Shown here piece after piece: positions 19,240 through 28,586 of a stretch of DNA of 64,000 bases. The notes beneath the pieces are model-generated. The model saw only the letters and a list, made by a program, of their open reading frames with translations, was not told the origin of the DNA and did not search any database. The stretch comes from Oligoflexales bacterium (GTDB lineage: Bacteria > Bdellovibrionota_B > Oligoflexia > Oligoflexales > Bog-1112): the NCBI GenBank assembly GCA_017985985.1, contig JAGNWK010000003.1, positions 11,865 to 75,864 on the forward strand, given 5' to 3'. Each line of letters starts with the position of its first letter. Within the stretch, counting starts at the first letter, position 1. A program made the position numbers and the translations under genes.

Positions 19240-19289
19240 GTCACCCTGAGCGAAGTCCACCGAAGGGGGACGAAGTCGAATGGGTCTCG
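19240..19289 (+). repeat. 50-bp direct repeat, copy 1 (flanks AMP-ligase gene)
   Basis: GTCACCCTGAGCGAAGTCCACCGAAGGGGGACGAAGTCGAATGGGTCTCG, 49/50 identical to 21241-21290. A degenerate partial copy lies just upstream at ~19194-19225. Confidence 0.92.
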
Positions 19290-19330
19290 CACCAATACTG
19301 TACTGATCGAACTTAGACTGATTCCCTCCA

Positions 19331-20995
19331 TCACCCCAAATGAGAGTCTCGTTTCGCTTCAAAATATCGGGCAAGGGCAAGTCTATCTATTTTGATATTG
19401 TGTCGGAGGTCGACGGGGAAGGCCGGATGGAGGAAGAATGTTTTTAAGTCCTTTGTTCTATCCACTTTTTGAGCGAGACTGAGCAAGTCCTGTTTAAAGT
19501 GAAGTCTTTCTTGTTTTGAAAGTTCTGTGCGCCGATCTTTTCTTTCAATCACTATGCATGGCTCACGTTTATCCGTATGCGGAAGCGTCAAGCCGATCAA
19601 GGCTGAGCGAGCTACATCAGGATGTTGATTAAAAATAGACTCACATGGGATCGAATCTAAAGGACCGAGATGGGTCTCCACTCGGTGGACTTTTCTGCCA
19701 CAAAACCACAAAACGCCTTCCTCATCGAGATAACCAAGATCTCCCATGCGATGCCAAAAGAAATCCTTCTCATAGATTTTAGCAGCCTGAGTGGCTTTCT
19801 CCTCCTGCTGATAACGGGGGCTAGCCTGAGCCCCTTTCACAACGATCTCTCCGACAGAAAAAGAAGGCAAAGAAGACAGGGGGGAGATTTCTAAAGAGGG
19901 GGGAACGCCCTCTTTAGAAAGAGAAAGAGACTCAATGCTGATCTCTGTCCTAGGGAAAGGCGCTCCAAGAGGTGTCCCTTCACCTCTCTCCATTTTTTGA
20001 GAGTATCTTCCCAAGATATCTCGACCAGAAATACAAGAGACGGGGAGACACTCTGTCGCACCATAAGGCGTATAGGTGTCCCCATTTGGAATCAGAGGCT
20101 GGAACAGGCGATGCAAATCCAAAGACACAGGAGCTCCGAATAGGAGCACCTTCGTCAAAGATGGGAGTGTGATCTTCTTTTCGGTACAGTAAGAAGCCAG
20201 TCTGCGCCAAACAGCGGGTGAACCAGAGATCATGGAAATGCCCTGGTCGACAATCTGTTCATACAAACGACTAGGAGCTGCAGCGGCAGGTCGCCTTATA
20301 TCCATGTCAGGCAAAATACTTGTCCCCCCAAAGGCCATCGTATAAAGGCTAAAAAGGGGAAAAGCCGACATGTCTATCGTCTTCTCATCCAGAGCGAACA
20401 TATCACGTACGAGCTCTGCCTGAGTCGTGAACATCCCGTGTGTGTACAAAACTCCTTTAGGCGCGCCTGTCCCCCCTGAGGTGAACATAATGGCTGCTTC
20501 ATCCCCAGCTTTCAGCTCTAAAGCAGTCTGTTTCGTCTGTACATCTCCATCTCTCTGCGAACTCCAAAACCCGGTATCCGAGCTCGTCACCCAGACCTTC
20601 ACACTTTTAAAAACCCAAGGCACACAAAATCGAGCCCAGCGAACAACAGGTTCGCAAATCACCAACTCGGGGGCCATCTTCGATATAGCTGAGAAAAGGT
20701 TTTTAAAACCCATTCCAGGGTCGATAAAGACTGGGATAACGCCAAGTCTCATCAGAGCTAGAATAATGGCGGGCCAATCGAGGCTAGGGCGTAGAAAGAC
20801 AAGCGCCTTCATGCCCTGTTTCACCCCCAAGGCCTCTAGCCGAGAGCCTAGGGCCTCCGTTCTCTCTAGCAATTGACAGAAAGTAAGATGCGCATAGCTT
20901 CTGCGCTGACGGGAGTCCCTTCCAACGGGAGCTATAAGGGCTCTTTTAAGGGGATATTTTTCAGCCTGAATTTCGATAAGATGGATTAAAGTCAT
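19331..20995 (-). CDS. AMP-dependent synthetase/ligase (acyl-CoA or acyl-AMP ligase family)
   Basis: Adenylation motifs FTSGGTGAPKGV (A3), TYTPYGATE (A5), GEIVVKG (A6), HRMGDLGY (A7), GRKVHRV (A8). ATG 20995 (MTLIHLIE) is preferred over the TTG at 21049. The gene contains an in-frame palindromic repeat. Confidence 0.85.
   Translation of the reverse strand: MTLIHLIEIQAEKYPLKRALIAPVGRDSRQRRSYAHLTFCQLLERTEALGSRLEALGVKQGMKALVFLRPSLDWPAIILALMRLGVIPVFIDPGMGFKNLFSAISKMAPELVICEPVVRWARFCVPWVFKSVKVWVTSSDTGFWSSQRDGDVQTKQTALELKAGDEAAIMFTSGGTGAPKGVLYTHGMFTTQAELVRDMFALDEKTIDMSAFPLFSLYTMAFGGTSILPDMDIRRPAAAAPSRLYEQIVDQGISMISGSPAVWRRLASYCTEKKITLPSLTKVLLFGAPVSLDLHRLFQPLIPNGDTYTPYGATECLPVSCISGRDILGRYSQKMERGEGTPLGAPFPRTEISIESLSLSKEGVPPSLEISPLSSLPSFSVGEIVVKGAQASPRYQQEEKATQAAKIYEKDFFWHRMGDLGYLDEEGVLWFCGRKVHRVETHLGPLDSIPCESIFNQHPDVARSALIGLTLPHTDKREPCIVIERKDRRTELSKQERLHFKQDLLSLAQKVDRTKDLKTFFLHPAFPVDLRHNIKIDRLALARYFEAKRDSHLG
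19879..19917. repeat. Palindromic element (CTAAAGAGGG-GGGAACG-CCCTCTTTAG family) inside a CDS
   Basis: Perfect 10-bp stem with a 7-nt loop at 19891-19917, plus a GGGGGGAGATTT flank. Near-identical copy at 36878-36916 and a degenerate copy at 27228-27267. It is read in frame as SKEGVPPSLEISP. Confidence 0.92.
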
Positions 20996-21078
20996 GGAGC
21001 ACTCAAACGGAGAGGGGTCCTTGTGGAGGAGCAGGCACTGCCCTCCCAAAGCTCGATCTTAGCTTCATTTTTTTGGAA

Positions 21079-21377
21079 GGGATATTATTTCTAGGGGGAA
21101 TCCTCTCCATTTTCTGGCGAAACCATCTACCCCTCCGGCGCATGGGTCTCGAGCTAGAAAAGTACAGACAAGTAAGCGATTTCACCTAAACTGTTGACGG
21201 ACTTTAACTGATAAAGAGGAGCCTCTCCCTTAAGGCCCTGGTCACCCTGAGCGAAGTCCACCGCAGGGGGACGAAGTCGAATGGGTCTCGAGCTAGAAAA
21301 AAACAGACAAGTAAGCGATTTCACCTAAACTGTTTGAGGGATATTATTTCTGGGGAAACCATCTTCGAAGTTTCCCC
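21079..21377. repeat. Composite duplicated intergenic block
   Basis: The 54-bp unit ATGGGTCTCGAGCTAGAAAA..ACAGACAAGTAAGCGATTTCACCTAAACTGTT occurs at 21142-21195 and 21281-21334 (2 mismatches). GGGATATTATTTCT occurs at 21079 and 21338. The block also contains 50-bp repeat copy 2 (21241-21290) and a GGGGAAAC...GTTTCCCC hairpin (21352-21377). Confidence 0.9.
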
Positions 21378-21390
21378 TGCCTCCTTACAA

Positions 21391-24300
21391 CTAAGATCTC
21401 GCTTCTTCGAGCTCCGAACGGTAAGCCTTTACGCCCCGGACTTTTCCGATCAGCCAAGCCTGACCTTGCATGACGACACTGTAGAGACAAGGCACAACAA
21501 CTAGTGTTAAAAGAGTAGAAACCAGAAGCCCCCCAATGACGCCAACCCCCAGTGGAGACCTTGCTTCACCACCGACACCATGCCCGATAGCTACGGGGAT
21601 CATCCCTCCCCCAGCAGCAAATGTGGTCATCAAAATGGGCCTGAGTCGAATGGGACCTGCTTCGAGCAAAGCCTTATCCACCGACAAGCCCTCACGAATT
21701 CTCTGCAACGTAAAATCGATAAGCAAAATCCCATTCTTCGTGACCAGCCCCATGAGAAGAATGAGACCGATCATCCCATAAATCGATAAGGTTTGCTTTG
21801 TGAGGAGAAGAGCACCAAAAGCACCTGTAAAAGACAGGGGAAGAGCCGCCATGATCACCATTGGCGCCAAGAAGCTCTCATATTGAGCACAGAGAATCAT
21901 GAAGACGAGCAGAACAGCCAAAAGCATGGTTCTGATCATAGCAGCGACCGTCTCACTCAAAATTTTGGTCTGTCCAGAGAGAGCATAACTCACTTGAGCT
22001 GGAATATTGGCCTTGATGTGGGCCTCTATCTTCCTCATCGCACCGTTTAAATCTCCTCCTTTAAAGCTGGAGAGAACAAGAACCTGTCGTTGTCCATCTC
22101 GGCGTTCGATCGCAGATGGAGCGAGAGCCTCTTGAACTTCTGCAACTGACCCCAGAGTCAACTGTTCACCACGGGAACTGGTAAGAAGAATACCGGACAG
22201 AGCTTCGGCATTCAGTCGAGCGCCATCTTCTATACGGACCCTCACATCATAGCGAGGACCATCCTTCTCCTCAATCTCTCCGACTTTCTCACCCTCATAC
22301 AAAGTCCTGAGAGCCATACCGACCTGAGCCGGTGAAATACCAAGATCCGCACTTCTTCGGGTATCGACGATCACCCTAAACTCTTTCTGAGCCTTCGGAA
22401 TGCTATTGATCACGTCGACAGCATCGGGGACTTCTGTCTTGATAAAGTTAGAGATTTCGGTACTGAAACGTGTGAGCTCATCCCAGTGATCGGATTTGAA
22501 AATAAATTGCAAAGGTTCTTGCCTTCCTCCGCCTCCCCCTTGGGCATCGACAACAGAAAGCTCCGAACCATCAAGTGTAGCCTTCGGGGTTACTTCCTCT
22601 CGAATTCTCTGCATCAGTTCCTGTTGGGTGTAGTTTCTATGGTGCTGATCGGCAAGGATGAGTTCTAATCGCGCCGTATTCACCTTGTTCCCAACTCCGG
22701 ATCCTATACTGGAGATGATGAACTCCACCCCGGGGTAACCTTTCAAAAGATCTGACAGTTCAAGCGTCTTTTTCTTAGTCTTATCCAGAGAAGAGCCCTC
22801 TGGCAAAGTGTACTCAATAGCAAAGCGGCTTCGATCTTCTTTAGGAAACATCGAAACTGGAACATGCTTGAGCATAAAAACGCTCACAACAAAGGCGCCA
22901 AAGCCACCAGCAAGGGTTATCACTCGATGGTTCAAGCACCAGGCGAGAACAGACCTATAACCATGATCAAGGCTGAGCAGAGCACTTTCGATAACGGAGC
23001 CTAGGCGTTGGAAGAGCGCAGAAATTGGATTCTTAGAGACTTCTCGATGAGCTTGATGGTGAGCATCTTCGCTCCTCAATAAACGGGAAGCTAACATCGG
23101 GGTCAACGTGAAGGCGACAAATAACGAAACAGACACGGCAAAGGCGACCGTTAAACCAAATTGGAAAAAGAATCGACCGACCATCCCTTCCATAAAAGCA
23201 ACGGGAACAAACACAGCACAGATCGTCAGAGTCGTAGCAAAAACAGCCAGACCAATTTCACTGGTCGCATCCTGTGCTGCCTGCCAAGCACCCTTACCCT
23301 TCTCCATATGCCGGGTAATGTTCTCAATCACAATAATCGCGTCATCTATGAGAATCCCAATCGCCAAAGACAAAGCGAGGGTGCTCATCATATTCAGAGT
23401 AAAACCGATGACCTTCATAAAGGCGAAAGTCGAGATCACAGAAGTTGGCAGAGAGAGCGCACTGATAAACGTCACCCGACTATTGCGCAGAAACAGCAAG
23501 ACAATCAAGGTTGCCAGCAAAGAACCCAAGATAAGATCTAATTTCACCGAATCGATCGAACCGGTGATATAGATAGAATCATCGGCAACGATGCTGAGAG
23601 AGACACCTTTCGGCAACTGGTCTTTCAACTCAGCGACTCTTTCTCGAACTTCTTTTGCAACCGTCGGCGTATTCGCTCCAGACTGCTTGAGGACCTGAAG
23701 TAACATCGTCGGTTTTTGATCGATAAAGGCAGCTGATTCTTCATCAGCTAACGTTTGTCGGACATCGGCAATATCGTTCATGCTGAGGGATGAGGTATTT
23801 GATTTGAGAACAGGTAAAGCAGCGATGTCATCTGCACTGCTAGCACGAGACTTTACCCTAAGATTCCACCTCTGCTCCGCGTTTTCGATTTTTCCAGCAG
23901 GAAAATCTTGATTCTGCATTTTCAGAGAATTGATGATATCAGCCGGAGATAAATTGAAAGAGGCTAGACGTTCTCGGTTGAGGAGAACATGAACTTCCTT
24001 CTCCCTTAGACCTGAGACGACGACGGAGGCTGCTCCCTTAGCACGTTCCAGAGCGGGTTTGACAACATCTTTCACCATCCGAGAAAGATCACCATAATTT
24101 GTATGCTCATCCCCAGATATAGACAAACTGACAACAGGGGCACTGCCGATATCAAATTTTTTGACGATCGGGGTTTGCGCTTCGACGGGAAGTTGACCAA
24201 GCACACCAAATATTTTGTCCCTCACATCTTTGAGGGCTTCATCTCCGTTTCTTTCGAGTTTAAATTGAATAACAAGCTGCGCTACGCTGGGATAAGCCGT

Positions 24301-24546
24301 CGAGTTAATCGCATCAAGACCAGCAAGCCCCCCAAGTGCATCCTCAAGAGGATCAAGAATCCTCTGCTCCACTGACTCTGGATCAGCACCAGGATAAACG
24401 ACGGTCGCTGTCACAATGGGGAAGTCTACGTTTGGATATTGATCTATCGGCAGAGTCGGTAGAGCAAACAAACCAAAAACAATGAGTACCAGATTAAGCA
24501 TAGTCGCAAAAACTGGTCTTCTGATTGAAACATCAGAAAGAATCAT
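21391..24546 (-). CDS. RND efflux transporter, inner-membrane permease (AcrB/HAE family)
   Basis: 1051 aa. N-terminus SIRRPVFATMLNLVLIVFGLFAL, with 12-TM plus two large periplasmic loops typical of AcrB-type pumps. Confidence 0.9.
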   Translation of the reverse strand: MILSDVSIRRPVFATMLNLVLIVFGLFALPTLPIDQYPNVDFPIVTATVVYPGADPESVEQRILDPLEDALGGLAGLDAINSTAYPSVAQLVIQFKLERNGDEALKDVRDKIFGVLGQLPVEAQTPIVKKFDIGSAPVVSLSISGDEHTNYGDLSRMVKDVVKPALERAKGAASVVVSGLREKEVHVLLNRERLASFNLSPADIINSLKMQNQDFPAGKIENAEQRWNLRVKSRASSADDIAALPVLKSNTSSLSMNDIADVRQTLADEESAAFIDQKPTMLLQVLKQSGANTPTVAKEVRERVAELKDQLPKGVSLSIVADDSIYITGSIDSVKLDLILGSLLATLIVLLFLRNSRVTFISALSLPTSVISTFAFMKVIGFTLNMMSTLALSLAIGILIDDAIIVIENITRHMEKGKGAWQAAQDATSEIGLAVFATTLTICAVFVPVAFMEGMVGRFFFQFGLTVAFAVSVSLFVAFTLTPMLASRLLRSEDAHHQAHREVSKNPISALFQRLGSVIESALLSLDHGYRSVLAWCLNHRVITLAGGFGAFVVSVFMLKHVPVSMFPKEDRSRFAIEYTLPEGSSLDKTKKKTLELSDLLKGYPGVEFIISSIGSGVGNKVNTARLELILADQHHRNYTQQELMQRIREEVTPKATLDGSELSVVDAQGGGGGRQEPLQFIFKSDHWDELTRFSTEISNFIKTEVPDAVDVINSIPKAQKEFRVIVDTRRSADLGISPAQVGMALRTLYEGEKVGEIEEKDGPRYDVRVRIEDGARLNAEALSGILLTSSRGEQLTLGSVAEVQEALAPSAIERRDGQRQVLVLSSFKGGDLNGAMRKIEAHIKANIPAQVSYALSGQTKILSETVAAMIRTMLLAVLLVFMILCAQYESFLAPMVIMAALPLSFTGAFGALLLTKQTLSIYGMIGLILLMGLVTKNGILLIDFTLQRIREGLSVDKALLEAGPIRLRPILMTTFAAGGGMIPVAIGHGVGGEARSPLGVGVIGGLLVSTLLTLVVVPCLYSVVMQGQAWLIGKVRGVKAYRSELEEARS

Positions 24547-24570
24547 AAAGTTTTACCCTTCTTTGTTGTT

Positions 24571-24599
24571 GGGAGAAAGCAGCTGCGCTGTTTTCTCCC
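24571..24599. repeat. GGGAGAAA...TTTTCTCCC hairpin (GGGGAAAC family) between MFP and RND genes
   Basis: GGGAGAAAGCAGCTGCGCTGTTTTCTCCC followed by AATCCCTCTTCC. Same family as 1639-1661, 21352-21377, 37979-38000, 49585-49608 and 54901-54927. Confidence 0.85.
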
Positions 24600-24645
24600 A
24601 ATCCCTCTTCCTTGCCTTGTCCCTGCCGTAAACTGCGTACATCCA

Positions 24646-25608
24646 TCACTCTGTAAGAACAGCCTCTGCATAAACTCCCGCTGGAGCTTTGAACTCGTTG
24701 CCCTGCACTTTAGCAATCACTTCAAAGGTCCTCGTTTTGTCTTGTACAACATGAACAATTCTTGCAATTCGAGCAGACCCTTTGAAGCTGACTGCTGGGA
24801 TAAGAACAGAGATAGAATCCCCTACATTGAGATGACCCATCATACGCTCGGGCACGAGAAATTTTAAATCTGGGGACGAATCTCGAAAGATTTCAAAGAT
24901 ACCCTGACCGGCCGTGACATACTCTGCTGTATGTTTAAGCTCAGAACCCACGATGCAGTCATAGGGAGCCAAGAGTTCTGTATCACGAACACCATTAACC
25001 GCGTTCTCCTGATCTAATTTTGCCATCTGCAAGGCAAGTTTTGCCTGATCATAGCTAAACTGCATCCGATCGAGGGCCGTTTGTGAGATCACATTCTCCT
25101 TCTGCAACCCACGTTCTCGCTCAAAGTCCTTCTTCGCATTGTCCAGAGACACCTCTGCAATCGCAAGCTTCGTCTTGGCTAAATTTAAACGGAGATTAGC
25201 ATCCCGATTTTCGAGAAGGGCAAGTTTCTCCCCTTTCTTCACGAATGCTCCTGCCTTAACGAGAACTTCTGAGATAAACCCGGCAGCGCGGAAGGCGATT
25301 TGAGATTTTTCCTCTGCATTAACCTGACCAATAATCCTCAGAGTCCTGCCACTCACCTCCTGCCTAGTCTCTGCTTTGCCGGGATGAATCCCTGCTGAAC
25401 CAGAGGGTTCCACCGCAGCCAGAGCAGGGGAAGACGTCTCAGCTCCAACGACCTGCTTTTTCTGCCACTCCTCCATCTTGCTGTTAGAGGCCTCGAGAGA
25501 AGTTTTCTTCTCAGCCTCAGCCTCTGTGCACGAAACACAAAAGAGCAGAGGAAAGAGGCTGAAAAAAGACAGAAAAGACCGCATTTTTTTTGTTTTTTTT
25601 ATAAACAT
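24646..25608 (-). CDS. RND efflux periplasmic adaptor (MFP, HlyD/AcrA-like) lipoprotein
   Basis: Signal and lipobox LLFCVSC. Lipoyl-like hairpin ISEVLVKAGAFVKKGEKLALLE, coiled-coil segment, beta-barrel C-terminus. It lies upstream of the RND permease. The start may be the second Met (25584). Confidence 0.85.
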   Translation of the reverse strand: MFIKKTKKMRSFLSFFSLFPLLFCVSCTEAEAEKKTSLEASNSKMEEWQKKQVVGAETSSPALAAVEPSGSAGIHPGKAETRQEVSGRTLRIIGQVNAEEKSQIAFRAAGFISEVLVKAGAFVKKGEKLALLENRDANLRLNLAKTKLAIAEVSLDNAKKDFERERGLQKENVISQTALDRMQFSYDQAKLALQMAKLDQENAVNGVRDTELLAPYDCIVGSELKHTAEYVTAGQGIFEIFRDSSPDLKFLVPERMMGHLNVGDSISVLIPAVSFKGSARIARIVHVVQDKTRTFEVIAKVQGNEFKAPAGVYAEAVLTE

Positions 25609-25752
25609 TTGCTTTTCCTTATTGATCTTGCTCCATCTTAAAACCTAGACCTACTTTAAGCAAGAAAAGGTAAACAAAGAGACAACTACGCCGATAAGCT
25701 GCTTGTACAGTGTCTTTTTTAAAACCAGATTTACCTGATAGACAGCAGAGTC

Positions 25753-27186
25753 GTGATGCCAGTTCGCAAAAGAATACATCATCAGGAACAAAGAGCTATA
25801 ATTCGGCTTCGCCGAAAGACTCTACTCTCACTCCGTTCAACTTCTCTGACTATTCTGCTTCTCCTTCTCACGTTTTTTTCTTCTTTAACAGTCCACGCTG
25901 AAACCTACGGTGAGGCTTACAATAAATATGTCCAGGGGGATTTTGTAGGAGCTGAGGCCTCCTTCAAAGCAAGCTTAGAAAACAGCGGTTCCAATTTTGA
26001 AAAAGCTAGAACTTATAAAATGCTTGGGATCAGTCAGTACATGCTGGGTAAAAGACAGGAAGCTGAGGACAGCTTCAAAGATGCGAAGAAGCTACAAAAG
26101 GAAATCCAAATCGAACCCTCCGAAGTCCTCGATGAATCTGTTCTCGAGTTCTTCAAAGCTGTCGAGGCTCCTCACGAAGCTCCCGCTCCCAAAAGCCCAA
26201 CCGTTAGAGAGAGTGTACCTGCGGCTGTGGATCCGATTCCTGCACAGAAAAAAGCCAGACTGCTTATCTCCTCGAATGTACAGGATGCGAAAGTTGTCAT
26301 CGACAGTCAGCTCCTGTGGTCCTTATGGCAAGAACTTGAGCTCGAACCAGGGATTCATGAAGTCGAAGTGAGTGCCCCAGAGTACAGCACCTTGAAGCGC
26401 CCTGTGAATTTAGAACAAGGAAAATTAGCAAAAGTTCAGTTTAACTTAAAGAAAAGGGGTTCGGCAGAGGATAAAGTCCCCACCCCTCCTCCTCCTCCAA
26501 GCAGCACCCCCGAGGTCCCCGTCTCAGAAATAAAACCCGAAGAGGCAAAAGTAGAGCCCCCTGCAAAAGCAGTTCGCAAAAAAGGGAAGAAAAGAAAAAC
26601 AGCTCAAACCAGTCCATACCCGATCAACAGCGGAAAACCAAACCCCCTCCTTTCCTTTTTACCCTTCGGAGCAGGTCAGTTTTCCCAAGGAAAAACTCTG
26701 CTGGGGGCTGGCTTTCTAGTCGGCCAAATAGCAGGACTCGGCCTCTTTTATACTCGATATACAGAAGCCGATAGCATGACAGAGAGTGCAAACAAAGTCT
26801 TGGCTCAACGTCAGTCGACACTGGAGAGCCTGCCTGAAGATCAACAGCAAGGCTATTTTGATGAGACAACTAGCTATTACGCCAGTCAGAATGTCAAGAT
26901 CTCTACGGCCAGAACGAATGGCTATTATGGACTCGGGCTCTTCCTAGGCTTGTGGATCGCCAGTTCCTTAGAGGCCCTCTACAACGACGACAGCTCAGGA
27001 CCTCATATAGCCCGAGAACCTAGCATCGAAATGCGAGGAAAAGATCTTTACTGGAAGACCGTCCGTTATGAGACACCAGCCAACTCTCGTTTCATTCCCC
27101 AAGTTGAGTGGTCGCTTTCCCCATTCATCGATACCCAAAATATAGACTCTCGCGGAATCGCCCTGGGGGCTGCTGCAAAATTCTAA
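25753..27186 (+). CDS. Secreted TPR + PEGA-domain protein with Pro-rich linker and C-terminal membrane segments
   Basis: TPR-like AYNKYVQGDFVGAEASFKASL...ARTYKMLGISQYMLGKRQEA. PEGA-like LLISSNVQDAKVVIDSQ...GIHEVEVSAPEYSTLKRPVNL. PTPPPPPSSTPEVP linker and hydrophobic C-terminal helices. Confidence 0.6.
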   Translation: MMPVRKRIHHQEQRAIIRLRRKTLLSLRSTSLTILLLLLTFFSSLTVHAETYGEAYNKYVQGDFVGAEASFKASLENSGSNFEKARTYKMLGISQYMLGKRQEAEDSFKDAKKLQKEIQIEPSEVLDESVLEFFKAVEAPHEAPAPKSPTVRESVPAAVDPIPAQKKARLLISSNVQDAKVVIDSQLLWSLWQELELEPGIHEVEVSAPEYSTLKRPVNLEQGKLAKVQFNLKKRGSAEDKVPTPPPPPSSTPEVPVSEIKPEEAKVEPPAKAVRKKGKKRKTAQTSPYPINSGKPNPLLSFLPFGAGQFSQGKTLLGAGFLVGQIAGLGLFYTRYTEADSMTESANKVLAQRQSTLESLPEDQQQGYFDETTSYYASQNVKISTARTNGYYGLGLFLGLWIASSLEALYNDDSSGPHIAREPSIEMRGKDLYWKTVRYETPANSRFIPQVEWSLSPFIDTQNIDSRGIALGAAAKF

Positions 27187-27194
27187 GAATCATG

Positions 27195-27213
27195 CACAAT
27201 GATTTCAATTCTC
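27195..27213. promoter_or_regulatory. Weak Fur-box-like site upstream of bfd
   Basis: CACAATGATTTCAATTCTC matches 12/19 positions of GATAATGATAATCATTATC by my count. It lies about 100 nt upstream of the bfd ATG. Confidence 0.25.
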
Positions 27214-27227
27214 AATATCAGTACATA

Positions 27228-27267
27228 GGGAGATAATCCTAGAGAGGGGGGAACGCCCTCTTTTAGG
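27228..27267. repeat. Degenerate copy of the GGGAACG-loop palindromic element
   Basis: GGGAGATAATCCTAGAGAGGGGGGAACGCCCTCTTTTAGG, 40 nt after the stop of the TPR/PEGA gene. Confidence 0.8.
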
Positions 27268-27312
27268 AAAAAAAAACACGTCCTTTTTAGAAAGAAAAAG
27301 AGGGGAGAGTTC

Positions 27313-27561
27313 ATGTATATCTGTTTGTGCAAAGCCATCACAGAAAGACAGATCAAAGAACTGGTCTCTGATAAAAAGATTAGCAAACTAGAAGAAGTTC
27401 AAAGGTACAGCCCCATAGGAACAGGCTGCGGATCTTGCCTCACAAGCTTGGAAAAACTACTTCGCGAAGGCTCCTACCCCAGAAAGATCCGCCTTCAGAT
27501 TCCTAGCTCTTCGTTGGAAGATGGGATTGAAGCGATCGCTCCCAGTCCAGTGCGGTCTTGA
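27313..27561 (+). CDS. bfd: Bacterioferritin-associated ferredoxin (BFD-like [2Fe-2S])
   Basis: MYICLCKAITERQIKELV...GTGCGSCL carries the CxC...CxxC BFD signature. The 3' end overlaps the convergent galE by 59 nt. Confidence 0.8.
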   Translation: MYICLCKAITERQIKELVSDKKISKLEEVQRYSPIGTGCGSCLTSLEKLLREGSYPRKIRLQIPSSSLEDGIEAIAPSPVRS

Positions 27562-28531
27562 TAATGACTGTAAGGTCATCCCGGCTTGGCTTCCAATCCA
27601 ATGTTTTGAAAATCTGTGTCGGGTTGGCGATCAGACTGATCGCATCCCCCGGCCTTCTCTCGGCCAAGGTCACTGGAAGTTTGTAGCCCAAAACTTGAGA
27701 AAACGTATCGAGGACTTCTTTTACGGAATAGCCACGGCCATAACCGCAGTTGAGAGTGACACTGGGGGAGCCTGCTTGTAGGTAGTTTAGAGCAGCGAGA
27801 TGAGCCTCCGCCAAGTCTTGCACATGGACATAGTCCCGAACACAGGTCCCATCTTGAGTGGGGTAATCCTCTCCATAAATCTGCAGAGACTTTCGTTTAC
27901 CAACCACAAATTCACAGGCAACTTTGATCAGATGCGTAGCTCGACGAGCTCGCTGACCCAGGATCCCCTTATCCTCTGCCCCTGCCACATTGAAATAGCG
28001 CAGGATGACATAACGAAAACCAGGGCCACAGGCTGCAGCGGTATCTCTTAGAATGGTCTCGTCGATCAACTTAGACTGTCCATAGGGATTTTCAGGTCGA
28101 GTCGGGTCCGTTTCCTCAAATCTTGCACCAACGGCATTCGAAGCATAGACCATCGCTGTCGAGGAGAAGATAAAATTCGGAATTTTAGCGTCCGTCACAG
28201 CTCTTAGGAGCTGAATGAACTGAGCTGTGTTGTTGTGATAGTAAACAAGCGGCGATTGAACCGACTCCTCCACCGAAACAGAAGCAGCGAAATGCAATAC
28301 AGCTGTCACGGGGTACTTAGCAAAGAGGGAACGAAGCAAAGCTCCGTCGCCAACATCACCCTCTATGAAAATTTCCCCTCGCCCGAGGAGGGACTCTCGA
28401 AACCCAGTCGATAGATTATCAAGCGCAATAACAGCATAACCCGCGTCAAGCAGGTTCAAGACCATCTGGCTACCAATATACCCACAAGCTCCGGTCACAA
28501 GAACGTAAGGCTTTGAATGCATACTGCCCAC
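27503..28531 (-). CDS. galE: UDP-glucose 4-epimerase
   Basis: VLVTGACGYIGSQMV (Rossmann GxxGxxG), FSSTAMVY, catalytic YGQSK, RYFNVAGA. Confidence 0.9.
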   Translation of the reverse strand: MGSMHSKPYVLVTGACGYIGSQMVLNLLDAGYAVIALDNLSTGFRESLLGRGEIFIEGDVGDGALLRSLFAKYPVTAVLHFAASVSVEESVQSPLVYYHNNTAQFIQLLRAVTDAKIPNFIFSSTAMVYASNAVGARFEETDPTRPENPYGQSKLIDETILRDTAAACGPGFRYVILRYFNVAGAEDKGILGQRARRATHLIKVACEFVVGKRKSLQIYGEDYPTQDGTCVRDYVHVQDLAEAHLAALNYLQAGSPSVTLNCGYGRGYSVKEVLDTFSQVLGYKLPVTLAERRPGDAISLIANPTQIFKTLDWKPSRDDLTVIIKTALDWERSLQSHLPTKS

Positions 28532-28586
28532 TCCTTCAAAGAGATGGTTTCTTGTCTACATCGGTCTAGATCGCATACGTCATGCT

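Noticed and set aside
18883-19380. Track ORFs 18883..19071(-), 19032..19316(+), 19174..19380(-)
   Set aside because: They are mutually overlapping ORFs lying entirely in the repeat-rich icmF/ligase spacer. The peptides are Arg/Pro/Gly-rich translations of repeat DNA.
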